From Takakia lepidozioides (lineage: Eukaryota > Plantae > Bryophyta): 64,000 nucleotides of DNA. Below are positions 13,769-26,800 of the stretch, one piece after another (position 1 is the first letter of the stretch; each line of letters starts with the position of its first letter). A program made the position numbers and the translations under genes. The DNA lies in assembly GCA_030704615.1 (NCBI GenBank), contig CM060731.1, positions 53,754,001 through 53,818,000 of the forward strand, given 5' to 3'. The notes under the pieces were generated by a model. It saw only the letters and a program-made list of their open reading frames with translations, did not search any database and had not been told where the DNA came from.

Positions 13769-14235
13769 GGCTTTTATGGCAGCATGCTTGTTCACTGCTA
13801 TCCAGATTTCAAGAGGTCCATGGGTGGTAGTGAAGATCACCTATAGTGTAGAGGGGCTAAGATTTCTTGCAGGCTGCACCATGACTAGCACGCCATTACC
13901 ATGACTGTTAATGCTGGTTTGAACTTCTGGCAGAGCCACCACCATGGCTTGTGCAATTCTGTGCTATTGTTGAGAAGAACCCTTACCCATTCCCCTCATT
14001 TTTGTCGGATGATGTTTCCATGTCATGATGCCACCAATATGGAGGCTTTGCAGAAGTACCCACTCCACTTCAATTTTCACAGCCCAGCAATCTGCAATTT
14101 CTTACTTTGCTGCATCATGCATGCTACACTCACATAGTCGTAATTCGTCTTTGTGCACTTGTCATACCCATGGCGAACATTGGCTGTAATCCAGCGTTAG
14201 GCTTGTAACCAGTAGCCTATTATGTGGCCTAAACA

Positions 14236-15485
14236 GCCCTTATGTTTGCGGATGACTTTGCAGGCATAGGGGAGACTCAAACCAATCTCCAGGAGTTGAT
14301 TGATTGCGCGAAGAGATACTTTGATCTTTGGGGGCTAGAGGCTAATGACAGCAAATGTGCAGTGGTAGCATTCAATGACAGAGGAGAGGGAGGAAGTGAT
14401 CTTAAGTGGCAGTGGGGTAGCCAAGAGATCCCGGTCCTCCCTTCCTACACTTACCTGGGCGTTGAGTTTTTCTCCAATTGTAATTGGGATGCACATATCC
14501 GGAAAGTTGTTCAAACTGGCAAGGGCAAAGCTCTGGGCCTCAATGAATTTTTCCACTGCAGAGAGGTCAACTCTGAGGTTAAGAAAACCATGCTTTGTCG
14601 CGTTATTAGACCTGCCTTGGAGTACGGATCTGCAATATGGGTTGATAACTCCAACCAGGCTAAGTCTCTAGAATCCATTGAAGTGGGGGTGCTTAAGGAG
14701 TGTATGTGAGCATGCTCCAAAATAGCCAATGTGGCTGGTGGGGTGAGTTTGGCATTCCGTCCTTAAGCTCCCGACGAGATGAATTCAAGCACATATGGTG
14801 GGGTCAGCTGCAACATATGCCCAACACCAGATATCCTAAGTTAATCGACTCTATATCTTGGAAACAGAGGCTAAGTCCTGGCAGAGGCTGTAGTGTCCAA
14901 AGCCATGTCTTTTGCCATGAGATTGTCTGATGAAAATGAAGTTAGGCAGAAAACTTCCCTGAACTTGTTTCCAGTCAGTGACATGGGGGATGCCATCTTG
15001 GATGACCTCAAGGGTCTACCCACTCTCGGCACAAGACTGAAATTTAACCTCAGGGTAGGAAGCCTACCTTTGAACATCAAACAGAAGTAGAGAGGAAAGG
15101 GAGAGTGCAATCGCCCGTTGTGTGGGCCATCTGAAGACATAATTCATTTACCGATACACTATCCGGGGTTCTGTCACCAAAGAGACGATCTCTTCAAATC
15201 TATCAAGGGAATTGTGCCTGTACCCCTGTTTACCAACTTTGAAAGTCTCGAGGCTGAGCCAAAAGCCCAGGCCCTCCTGAGGCCTAGTTTTTGGGCAAAT
15301 CACAGACAACAGATTGATGCTTGTGTCTCCTCGATTTCTAGAGGATATCTGGAAAACCCGGATTAATTCTATATATGAAGGTAAGTCTTACTACCGACGT
15401 CAGCCCCTGACAGAGGTAGGTTCTGTCCCTTTTGTTCCCGCTCAAACTGGGCGCGGGGTCAATGGGCAACAAGGCTATGGCAAAC
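14236..15485 (+). pseudogene. LINE RT C-terminal part and 3' end
   Basis: MFADD, KCAVV, YTYLGV, IRPALEYGSAIW, then a degenerate C-terminal Cys/His region (CGPSEDIIH). Confidence 0.85.
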
Positions 15486-16799
15486 AACGTCTTATGAGTA
15501 CAATCTGTGGCCTAAACACGGAATTGTGGACATGCAAGGTGGTCAGTTTGTCTTGTCAGGAAGGCTTGCAGACGGTTAGCTTGACTCGGAATTTTTTCCC
15601 TTGTGTTTCCCACCCCCCTAAACTTTACCTTCATGGCAGTTTGATGATGCATTGATAGTGTGGCTCGCAACAGTGCCCCCGTTTTGCCACTGCATTAGAA
15701 TTTGGCGGGAAGCAGGTTGGCGGGAGCGCAGATTATATCTCCACTTCGCTCCACTTGCCTTTCATTCTGTTTGCTCTTGCTCGCTCTTCATCGCTCTCAC
15801 TTCTTTGCAGTGTCTACGTCATCCCTGTTCACTTTGTCGTTTGGCAAGTCGCCCTTGCATCACACGGTTAGCATGCGAACGCATTTGTTATGGTCATCGT
15901 TGTGGGCCAACTCACCCCATCATCACACGACTACCATGCGATCCCGCTTCAGGAGAACTGCACACACAGCTCAATGGCACCGCAGCATGGAGCGCCTTCG
16001 GAGGGAGCAGGCAATTCAGTATGTTGCAGAGCAGGCAGAAGCACAGCGAATTAGCCGTCATGCGGAAGAGGCTTGTTTAATTGTGCTTCACTGGCTTGGA
16101 ACTAGCGGCATTCACCGAAGGCAGGTCGTGCCTCAATGTTTCTGCCTATCTGCTTGTAGCAAAAGGCTGGACGCCTGTGGGCGTCGGTACCCCTACCTAT
16201 ATGGCTACGCAGCGTGGTACCACATCACTAAGCTTCCTTGTCCAATTGGGTTCTCCCTGTAGAGAAGTTGTGAGAGGATGTCAGTCATGAAGTTTGTTGC
16301 TGCTCTTGTGTGTGAAGGCATCCTGTAATATTTAATGAGAGTCATTGCGCACACAATGTGCCATGATTCTGAGTAGGCCAGTGCATTTGCAGATTGCGGT
16401 ATAGCGAACGCCGCTCGTTTTTGGGTGCCCTGAACTACCCGCTAGGTCTTTTTGTCTACACATATTTTGCATCACTGTGAATCTGAATGACTGGCTGGTG
16501 TTTTGCACGAGGGTGCGTATCCACTGAATGCATCGTTTCGTTTTCTCTCAAGCCTTTGTCTTTCAATTGTGCTGGGCAGTCATGCAGTCATAAAAGGCTG
16601 ATACGACTGGAAAATAGCAGAGTTCTGGACGATAAACCCAACACCTACTGCGGGTCAGGAATACCAATGGGCTATGCATAAGTTACTACACTAGTTTTTC
16701 TGTTGGCCTCTATCTGATCTTCAATTTGACCTAGGGGATGGAGATGGATGAATACCAAAAAGTCCCCATTTTTTGCCTACTCCGTGAAGCTGTGATACT

Positions 16800-17471
16800 C
16801 TCTCTTGAATCTAGCCCGTTCCTTCATTTCCAAATGGTGCACAAAGTGGGGTCAAGGTTTCCCACAGACTGCCTGGGACAAAATCTGGAAGAGATCTGGA
16901 GGAAAGAATGTGCGGCAAAGCTATCTGGCTTCTTATGGAAGCTGGTTCACCGAGCCCTGCCCAGCAACAACCCATGCTGATTCCCCTACGTGCTCTTTAT
17001 GTCAAGCTAATCCAAAATTTATTGAGCATTGCTTGGTGCTCTACAATCTGCCCAGCAGGGTCTGGACATCAAGTTTTGAGACAGACTACTTGTCTGACTG
17101 GGGTCTCCTGAGTTTTTCCTGCCTCTGCTTATTCCATCACTAAACTAAACATCCCCTTGGTTCCAATGCTGGTTACCCTGGTTCGAACTGTTGCAAGCCC
17201 TCATTTGCGCATTCATTCTCTCCTCCTTTCTCCTAGTAAATTTCTCTTCTTATCCCTTAGTAACATCTCTCCCTCTCTGGCTCTCCATGTCACTTAGCTT
17301 TCTCGTAGTTGCTCCAATGCATTAGCTAGTTTGCTAGGGTTTCGGGGATGTTTCCCGCAGTAAGCCTTCACGGCCTTTGCAATGGTTATTTTTTCCACTG
17401 ATGTGACCTTCATCGATTATTTAATTTGATTAAAAGGGCCTCTGTCCCCTTTCTTTTATTACAAAAAAAAA
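16800..17471 (+). pseudogene. L1-like LINE 3' fragment (zf-RVT region) with short poly(A)
   Basis: WDKIW..., FLWKLVHRALP, CSLC....IEHC; A-run at 17463-17471. Confidence 0.65.
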
Positions 17472-18765
17472 CTAGAGTACGTAAAGGATTTTGCATGCAT
17501 AGTATGGCGTATTTGGGGAGGATTAAAAAGCAGAATTTTACGCCTAATGCCACTAGCACATTATGCCATTTGCACTAGCACATTATGAAACATAATGTGT
17601 TTGATTAGGATTTGCAAGCCAATGAGAGGGCGGCAGGCGCAATCCATCCTTTACGTTATGGAATGGGCCACAACATGCCATTATGGTGGTTTCGGCGGCA
17701 GCTCGCCCTCCGGCTTGCCACCACCTTACCCCGCCACAATGGCATGTTGCGGCCCATTCCATAGCTACATAGCCAAGTGGTTGGGTGTTTGTGCCATAAC
17801 CTATGTGATCTAGAGTTCAAAGGCTCATTGTATGGTAGTAGTACTTTGTGATGAAGTGACACTACAATTTACTATAATTTATCCTTACTCGGGGAGGAGT
17901 CATTCTTCCATTAGATTATTGTGCACAACTTGAAGGTATATAGGAATCAAATATAAAGTAAATAATTGACTAATGAAAAATGAAATCTACCACAAGTGAC
18001 TACACCCTAGTAGAAAAGCTACAACAGAAATCAGAAATTACAAGCTCCGGGTCCAGCGTCAAATTTAGGATGTACCGGCGAAGGGTAAAGTAAAGTTTGT
18101 AAGGGTAAAGTAAGTAAAAGTGAAGTCAAGTTTGTTATAAGGGTAAAGCAAAGGAAAGATAAGATAAAGTAAAGTTTGTTTAACGTCCAGTGAAAATAAT
18201 CATGATTTTGGTGGGTGAAAGTCTGTTTACCCACCCTCCCAGCGCAACAGTGCAAATACAAACAGACAGACAGACAAGCGCCATAGCTGCTGCTCTGCTG
18301 CTGCCTGCCCACACCATCTCGCTTTGTTTTGCTGTGGTGGCGTCGGGCCTGCTACTGAGCGCCGATGATGGCTCACATTTCTGGTGGTCGACTTTTTGTT
18401 GCCTGTATCAAGTGCTTCTTGTTTTTTAGCTGGCCGTTGTTGGTCTCTGCTTCCATGTGAGGTTTTGCATTGGTGCTGCGTTGGGTTCGCCTAGCATGAA
18501 CGGGATACAGAATTTGAATGTAGGAGTGCAGGGATGGCCGACATGTTTCTGCCAATGCATGCGGTTTGAGAGGGAGTAGGACCTGAGCGAATGGAACTGC
18601 GAGCGTTCAACCCGATAGCGCGATAGTTCATCCGCTGACGAGATTTCGTCCTCTGGTGCAGTTTCATCCACTGCAACCGATTCTCATCCAGGAGTGCAGA
18701 TTGTCATCCACTCGCTCAATAGTTCATCCGATTGGACAATGGTGGTGCTCCCAACTCTGGGGCAA

Positions 18766-18876
18766 TGTTCCCACGCGTTTCCATGTGTTCCCACGAGTTC
18801 CTAAGCGTTCTCACGCGTACCCTCGAGTTCCCAAGGAGTTCACACGCGTTTCCAAGCGTTCCCACGCGTTCCCAAG
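18766..18876 (+). repeat. Short degenerate tandem repeat (GTTCCCACGC, ~10-11 bp)
   Basis: About 10 copies seen directly. Confidence 0.75.
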
Positions 18877-19318
18877 CTAGGGTTTGCGTCGCTTTGCCTC
18901 TGCGATTGCTGCAATGAGCTATGGCTTCTATGGAGCAACCAGAGGTGCTGTTCTTGGTTTCTTGATCCTCAATAGACCACCAATAATGCCTCTAACTCCC
19001 TGAACATGCTATTTGCCACACAGCAAGCTCTCTTTCTCTATTTTCTCTATAGAACTTATTGAAACAAGCATAGAACAAGCTATTAAGCTTTTTATGGCAT
19101 ACCCTCTTCTAGCCATCGCATGCACTCATAGTGCTTCCTTCCATGGCCATAGTGCACCTCTTAGAGCTCCTAATCCAGCCCTGCACTTGCCACTTCCATA
19201 GACATGCTCTTCCCAAGCTTGGGATTGAAACCCCAACTCAAAGCATGCTCTACAAATACACTATTCCGCCCCAAAGAGAAATCAGATGTCTACCTCCATT
19301 CATAGCTCTCATAAGCTT

Positions 19319-19755
19319 GAAGTTGAAGACTCCCACAAGCTGAAACCATGCTCCACACATGCACCGCTTGCTTCCTTAACACCCAAGCTCTTCTTGAACT
19401 CCTCAAACCCTGCAACACTTGCAAAACAAGAGCTTCTTCACAAGCTCTCAAACTTTTCAATGGGGATCTCCTTGAAGACCTCATCTTGTACATAAACACC
19501 ACAAGGCTTTCTTCTTGCAAACCCTGCAACACCTTGTAACTTAAGAGCTATCTATCAAGCTCTCTTCTACACACAAGTGCTAACTATGCTAACACCTTGC
19601 ACTCATAGATGTAAGCATATCTTCTTTTAGTGATACGGAAATGATGAAAAAAAGAGAAACCACTCTATCACGTTATATAAGTCAAGCCAATGGCACCTTT
19701 GCTAAAGGACTCCACCATACAGACCTCACCCACTCTCCATCTCAAGTACTAGAGC
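19319..19755 (+). repeat. ~435-bp dispersed repeat; second copy at 57379-57813 inside MULE-2
   Basis: Both copies run GAAGTTGAAGACTCCCACAAGCTGAAACCA ... CTCCATCTCAAGTACTAGAGC with high similarity. Confidence 0.9.
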
Positions 19756-20139
19756 TATGGCGGCGAGAGAGGCCTCGGGAGGCTCGACTAGAAGAAGACG
19801 AGCCTGCCTACGTCTCACGTGGAGATAACCTCCCCACGTCCCAAGTGAGGTTCGCCACCTCACTTGGCACATGGAACCAAATGAAGTCCCAATGCCAACA
19901 AAATACAAATATAAATGTATAATGTCCTAATTAGTTAGAAATAACTATTTCTAACTAATCACAAACAAAACCATGACAAGTGAGCCAGTACACAAACCAT
20001 TTATGTTGCGATGACAGGTGTCAGGGTCGAGCATATACAATGTAGTATTTACAATAGGACTTTATTATTACATGCACGATCAAAATTGAGTTATGTCTTC
20101 ATAAAAGAACCATTGTACTGCCACAAATCTCATATCTAC

Positions 20140-21600
20140 GAGACTATGGTCTACTCCATCCTATATACGTCTTTCGGCTCAGGCCAATTGAATGGCTTGC
20201 CCATGAACCGAAGTAGTACATGGGCTAATGTGACTCTCTCATTCTTGTTGTTGTCGTACAACTTTTGTAGCATTGAATGTCAACAACCTCCCGTAAATTG
20301 GTCCTCGAACATACTTTCATCATAATGAGTGCCGCCATTTATTCGTACCGCTATCTTCCCAATGGCAAAGGTCTCCGACGTCATGTCCTGGGGGGGGGGG
20401 GGGGGGCATTCGCATTGAAAACCGATGCAATATCTTTTTTCACCCACCATCTTTTCGCGAGTTCCCGGTCCAGCTTGTCTTGGTTTTCAAACTGGTACGA
20501 CGAGGCTTTGTGTATGCCCAATGGGGTGGCTAAGCCCCAATCACACACCCCAATCTTGATCTCCTCGGTGCCATCTGGAAAATGCAACAAGATGTTGTCG
20601 GGGGACAAGTCGTTGTGCAAGACATCGTTCTTGTGGACAACATCCATGATGCACACCAGTGCCCATGCAAGTTTACTGCGCACTTTCCGGAAACGAAGCA
20701 AGCGATCGCATTCCTAGAACTCTGCTTCCGCTCTCCTTTGTTCTAAAATCACCTTGTTGTTCGAATCGTTGCCCCATTTTCTGTCAAGGTTCATCATGTC
20801 GCGTGTTGTCCCCCCATTCCACCAGCGAGTGTAACCCTCTACCTCACGTGCATTCACAGCAAAATATGAGATAACACCCGGATGCTGGAACTTCACTGCC
20901 AAACACTCGTCGTTATGTTGTCTCAACGCATTTTCTTGATTTTTGGACTTGGGTTTTTTTTCCCGTTAGATCCCAACGCTCCAGTATTCTAGAATCGCCA
21001 ACAATCCTATACTGACGGACCTTAGCATACCCTCCTTCTTTGTAAGAGCCAATCTCTACCACCTTCGCAGTAGATTTCAGGTAATAAAGACCAGTTGTGT
21101 CTCCCCCGCCCGATGACCCCGCTTTCCAATGGACAACCCTAGTGAATTTTGACTTGCCGAGCAAGCCCAATACTCAACACGCCGCATTAACTCAGCTTCG
21201 GCGGAGGGCACTCGACCCTCGGATGCTCTACCCTTCCATGTCTTCATTAACTGCCTCAAATTCCACGTGGCGTCTTTCGTCCTGCTTTGGATCCACCAAT
21301 TGAACTTCGGCTTGTAACTGTCTGCTGTCCACTTAGCCCCTGCCAAAGCGTTTGTCATTTTCCTCTCTATTTTTTGCTGGAAAATCTGAAACATCTCCAA
21401 TCCATACCTGACATAAGCACTCTCCAGCCTCGTCATGTCCTTACCCTTGATTAGTCCACTACCATTTCTTTCACCCTATCCAAGGCATCCGGTCCCGGGT
21501 AGTGTGGCTTGTTGACCTGACTATCCCGCTCGTAGGCACGTTTTCTCTTCCTCTGACCCCCAGACGACCCCGCCCCAAAACTTGAATTCACAACCCCTGA
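20140..21600 (-). pseudogene. Protein kinase-like pseudogene (apparently intronless)
   Basis: EGGYAKV (Gly-loop-like), FQHPGVI, WWNGGT, VLHNDLSPDNILLHF (catalytic loop), VCDWGLA (DFG equivalent); stops and frameshifts. Confidence 0.8.
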
Positions 21601-21953
21601 CATTGTATAAACCTTTGCCCACTACAAGGTCCAAAACCTCAGAAAACGGCAATGGACACGTGTGGATGGTGACTTCGTAGTTTCTGCAAAAAAATAGGCC
21701 GCCGAAGATCTGAAAACAGCAAAATAGTGATACGATGATTGAACCGTGAACAAGGGTGTGGGACTGACCAATAGAAAAGCGACAAAACCCCCCCCCCCCA
21801 AATAATCACCTTTGCACCTCCCGTTGGCAGTGTCAAGCAACAAAGTCCGAAAGGACTACAGGATGCCAAGGAACCGCACCACAAGAGGGGCAAAAGTGAT
21901 CAGAAAAGGAGGGGGAAATGGTTTATATATGCGCCCACCAGCCCCCCCCCCAA

Positions 21954-22058
21954 AGGATTCTAGCAGGGGTGGAGTTTGCTCGGTGCTACATAGATGACAT
22001 CATCATCTTTAGTGCTACGGTGGAAGAGCATGAGAGACACCTTCAGGGGGTATTTGAG
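21954..22058 (+). pseudogene. Small RT fragment (YIDD) of the DNMT-Gypsy family; insertion target of MULE-1, continuing at 35570-35586
   Basis: Matches 7836-7948 (GATGACATCATC..GAGCATGAGAGACACCTTCAG..TTTGAGCGCTTGAG). Confidence 0.9.
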
Positions 22059-22294
22059 GGGGGTTGCTATTCCATGAGCTCATGAGCGGGCATGGCTAAC
22101 CCATGAGCCGCAAAGTAACACACTTCGAATTTCGGCAGATTTTTTTCGGGCCAAAAACTATAAAATAATCAAAAATCGAAGATTTCCGCGCTCATGCTGG
22201 AAGCACTCCGCTCATGAGTATCAGTGTACGCTCATGACTTGGAGCCCAGGCTCATGGACCGCCAGGCCAGGTCATAGAATAACTGAATTCTGGG

Positions 22295-22765
22295 CAATAA
22301 CGGCACCGAAATTATCCCAGAGGCAGAGACGCAAGCGGAATTAGGATCCGGGTTTGCAGACTCCGAAAACGCAATGGCGACCTATAACCGTGGATAGTAC
22401 TATTGCAGAAGTGCAGGATGGTTGGGTATAACGACGCCGTAATTGGGCACAGGAAAAGAAATAGCGGGCTGAAGGCTCGGGAGTGAAGCCAACAACGGTG
22501 AAAGTAATTGGGCTCTGCCAACCAAATACCCGGCTGCATCCTCCGGAGTGCAGGCGATAACGGCGCCGAAATGGGCCCCGGAAACCAAATACTCGGCTGA
22601 AGCCACCGGAGTGCAGCCGATAACGGCGCCGAAATTGGGTCCGGAAACCAAATACCCGGCTGAAGGCTGGGGATTGCAACCAATAACGGCGCCGAAATTG
22701 ACCTGCGGAAACAAAATTCTCGGCTGAAGCTTCCGCACTCCATGTAATAACGGCGCCGAAATTGG
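22295..22765. repeat. Left subterminal ~62-65-bp tandem repeats carrying TAACGGCGCCGAAATT
   Basis: About 6 motif copies with a recurring AAATAC(C/T)CGGCTGAAG spacer. Confidence 0.85.
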
Positions 22766-22836
22766 GCGTCGGAGAGCAAATACCCGCCTTACGGTGAGGG
22801 AGGCCTTGCTCTCATTTTGCTCTTCACTCTTCTCTG

Positions 22837-23448
22837 TTGTGCCCATCTCCTCCCTGCTTTGAGTTCGTGCTGTGTCGTGAGGCCATGTCGTGCCCGAATC
22901 ACATCTATCGACGCCAGACGGGAGTCATTTTCCCGAAAGCAGACGACATCATTGTCTTCCTGGATGTTTACAGGGACGATCCTCGACTTGTCCAGCTGAG
23001 AGCAATGGAGTTTCTTCCAGGATTGCACGATTCTCCTGGACCCCGGCTGGGGAGCAGGTGGTTCCTACGCATCATGGACCTGGACTTTCCGCATGTGTGG
23101 GAGCCGAACAGATCACGCACAGCGTTGCTGTATCGCTGGAATTGTTGCGAGTGGACGTATGATGAGTGCATAGGTGAAAACTTTACGCGTGGACGGACTG
23201 GCTCGGAAAGTGGGGACATTCTCTTCAGTTATGAGGATGAGGAGGAGGGGAACACAGGGCCCACTGTGAAAATGTCCTTCTACAAGGGGGCGCTATCGAT
23301 AAACACGACATCCTCGTTAGTTTCAATCGGGCGACAGAAACCACTGACATTTTGTTCAAATATAGGCACCCGGTCACTGAGGAGGTCCTTGAGAGGCCAG
23401 TTCGAGTTCCTTCTTCTTGGGCGGGGGACCATAGGTCTTGCATGCTAG
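22837..23448 (+). CDS. Hypothetical ~200-aa cargo ORF of MULE-1, convergent with the transposase
   Basis: Uninterrupted ORF with globular-looking composition; no recognised motif. Confidence 0.35.
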   Translation: MCPSPPCFEFVLCREAMSCPNHIYRRQTGVIFPKADDIIVFLDVYRDDPRLVQLRAMEFLPGLHDSPGPRLGSRWFLRIMDLDFPHVWEPNRSRTALLYRWNCCEWTYDECIGENFTRGRTGSESGDILFSYEDEEEGNTGPTVKMSFYKGALSINTTSSLVSIGRQKPLTFCSNIGTRSLRRSLRGQFEFLLLGRGTIGLAC

Positions 23449-23891
23449 AGTAGACATGTTTCAACTTGCTGACACTCATGGCACATACATTTTCATTCAG
23501 AAATCAAGCAGCTTCCCTGTGCCATATGGGGAATATACATGCTTCGATAATCTTCTGTTAATGTTATTTGCAATTCACTGCCAGTATGCTGGGACGTGTC
23601 CTTTGTCGTATGGATTGCTGTTTGCACAAGGTGCAGTATGCAAATGCTGGAATGTGCAGTAGGACCCTTCCCACTGGGCACACACACTAGCAATCTTGTA
23701 AAGGCATCACATTTGCAGAACAGTAACAATGTATTTTGTAGCAAATTGGAGTCTTCTCATAAAGGTGGACGAAATTCACATGTAGCCATGGCGATGCGGC
23801 ACCACCAAGTGTATAATTCCTCACAAAAAAATAGGGTGCAAGAAGATGAATGTAATATAATTGCCACTTTCTCCTTCCCGAATGTGGAATG

Positions 23892-26800
23892 TCAAGCAGT
23901 CCGACCAGTATCCTGCCGTAGGGCCTTGTGCAGCTCGTTGAAACTCAGTGTTGGAGCATGGATGAAGACGTCCACTGCGGATATGCAACTCATGCGCTTC
24001 ATAAAAATGTAATAAAGGTGTTTGCAGGGGACGTATGCTGCATTTTCGATTCCATAACAAGGAAGTCCTCACAGTTGCAAGCTGGGTACTGTGAAACCGT
24101 GATTGCATACACGACACTGCGCGCAGCAGACCCGGCTGTTGACAACTGAAATATGCGCCCCATCCCGGGGTGAGGAACATCCCTGCAACCTTGCACTATG
24201 CAGGGCATTGCAAGAGCGTTGGCCATCCTGGTGTCGTTCGCCTTTGTTGGTGGCCGCCGTCTTTTCAGTTTACCCCACCGATGGGTGGGCCAAGCTGCGG
24301 GGTCACCCACCGGTATGCGGGGCGAAGAGCTTCTCGTGGGAGGAGGATGACGATTGGGAATTGGATTTCGTGGAACGTCTGTCCTCTCCACCAGTCGAAA
24401 CCCTGCACTTCCTAGAGCGTCTGCCTCCTCCAGGGTAAGATCTGTACCACTTGCCACAGGCCAGACTGCCGGTGGTTCAGGCATGCCTTGTACACCATAC
24501 TTGGGCTTGCCGAACACACACGACATGATGTCGTGCCTGCAGAACCAAAACTCCTTCAGTGTGGCCTCCACAAACTTTGCGCACACAAATCTCCCTGTGA
24601 AGCAAGGGGCAGGCACACCGCCCTGCGGGCTCCTCCGAATCATCTCATTGCATCTCTGGTTGGTGTCGACACGAACAGCACAACATTTGCCACGAAATGT
24701 CGGACGGGTCCGTGCAATTCTCCACTGCGAGGCCGACACATCTCGCTCCACGATTGGAATGTTGTATTGGGTAACGAAAACAGGAGCAACATGCCCATCC
24801 TCGGCATGTTGTCCCGAGTCTGGCAGCGATTCCATGGATGCTGCAGGAGAGGGGGTACGAGTCCTGCTTCGTGGAGGCGTGGGACGCAACATCGTTGCGC
24901 CCCGAGGTTGAGTGCGGATGTTCATATCTGATCTCCATGAATCCCCATCCCCTCCGGGCATGTCCTCAATTCTTCTCTTCACCGGCCGGCTGCGGACATC
25001 GCCCTCCAGGCAGTTCCCCCGACTGTGTAACGGCGTTGACCTTATAGTTTCCCGCAATGCAGCAGTCCATTTTTTGGGATCGGTCGAACGATGCGCCGCC
25101 CTCATCAGCATCTCCTGCCTGTCTGGTCCGATACCCCATTGCTTTCCTCCCAGAAACTGGTAGTAATGAGATTGTTGCATGATGGCCCTCACAATATCTT
25201 CTGTTGTTGCTGTCAACATGTCAACGAGATGTGCTGCAGAGGAAGCACGCCAGGAAGAGTGCACCGATTCCGCCATGTTCGTCGTCGGCATATCCGTGTC
25301 ATCCTCCAAGCTCATGTCCTGTTGAAGGAAATTAGATATGTCACTGATTGTGGAGAATGTCCAAGCACAAAACAGAACAATTGTCAAGTACAGAAATGTG
25401 TTACCTGTCTCATGTAGTCTCCAAACTGGCGGAATCTATAATGCCACCACGCAAGCCACGTTTGCAGTTCTGGCTGATCTTTCACATCCACTGCCCCTGA
25501 AGACACCCACCAGGCGCGTATGGTTGCAAACTCGGTCTCCGCCTCGTCGATGGAATTCGCATTTTTCCACGCTAGGCACATACTGATATGATCCTGCCGG
25601 TGGCGTGACGCCACGAACCTTTTCGTGTTTTGCGTCAAACTCTGCATGAAGTGGAACCCGCAAGATCTCTCCTTTCCTTCCATTGGAGTCTTTGGGTCGT
25701 CCCCATATACCCTCCTAACTGCAGCCCAGTTTGCCTGGGCATTGTCAGCCATGAAGCCCCTAAAATCGGGAGGGGGCAACTTGGCTCTCGCCATTTGCTC
25801 ATTAATTCCGCGCCACATATGCAACTCCGAATCTGTGTCTTCTCCTTCATTTCGCAGATAGCAATGGTCATCAACTTTCTGCAATGTGGGTCGTATACAT
25901 GTGCCCCCATTGTCACCCAATCGTGGTTGGTAATTCGCCGGATGTGGTCAAACATGACCCAACAATTTGAGAGGTCTCCACTGGTCATCCGCTTCACCAA
26001 ATCGACGCCGCTCCCCGGTCCGCACGTTGACATCTTAAATATGAAGCACCTGTCCGTCTCCGAGCCTTGACCAGGAAAGAAGCTGCCTTGGATGAAGTCG
26101 TAGCCGCATGTGCGCTTCACTTCCAAGATGGAGTGCATGTCTGATCCTCTTCCGATTCGTTTCTTGCAGCTGACAATGTGGTTCCTGACATTGGGGCTGC
26201 ACACATGGGAGACAGCTTCCAGCAGGTCCTTCATGTCCCCCTCGCCCAGCTTCTCTCTTGTGCTTCCGTCCTCCGACATTATTCTGCCAATTGCAATCCT
26301 ATGTGCCGATGCGAGCTGTATCTGCTTTGGTTTTGCACCCGGCCTCAACCTCACCTCCTCCTTGATAATATCCTGGGCTTGTTGAAAAGCGACTCTGCAA
26401 TTGCCTCTGGCGAGGGGGTGCTCATGCTTTCCGATGTGAATGCATGCTCTGGTGCACGCTGGGCCGACGGTCCCGACGTAGTACTGCTTGGCGTTGCACA
26501 CTGCCATGCACGTAGGGGCTGCGTTGCAATGGGCACACTTGAACGTCCCTGCAGGAACTCTACCTTGAGGCCAAAATGGGGTCGACGAATTGCCAATCCA
26601 GTCAGTCTCATTCCTGGTGCCTTTGCTAGTGTAATGGTAACATGTGCTCGAGAAACATTTAAGATGCCCAGCACACAATACATATCTCACTCGAACTCCA
26701 TCACCCAGGTTGGACGATGAAGTTTTGGTGACACACCAAGGTGGCCGTCATGTTTCCTGTTCATTCCTGCGAGCATGCCGTCTGGGCCTGCGCCTGCCGG

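Noticed and set aside
15490-16700. 186-aa ORF 15702..16262 and neighbouring ORFs
   Set aside because: No recognisable domain and no second copy in the window to support it.
17800-19318. Possible LTR or retrotransposon leader sequence
   Set aside because: The composition is LTR-like, but no partner LTR, TG..CA ends, PBS or TSD could be fixed.
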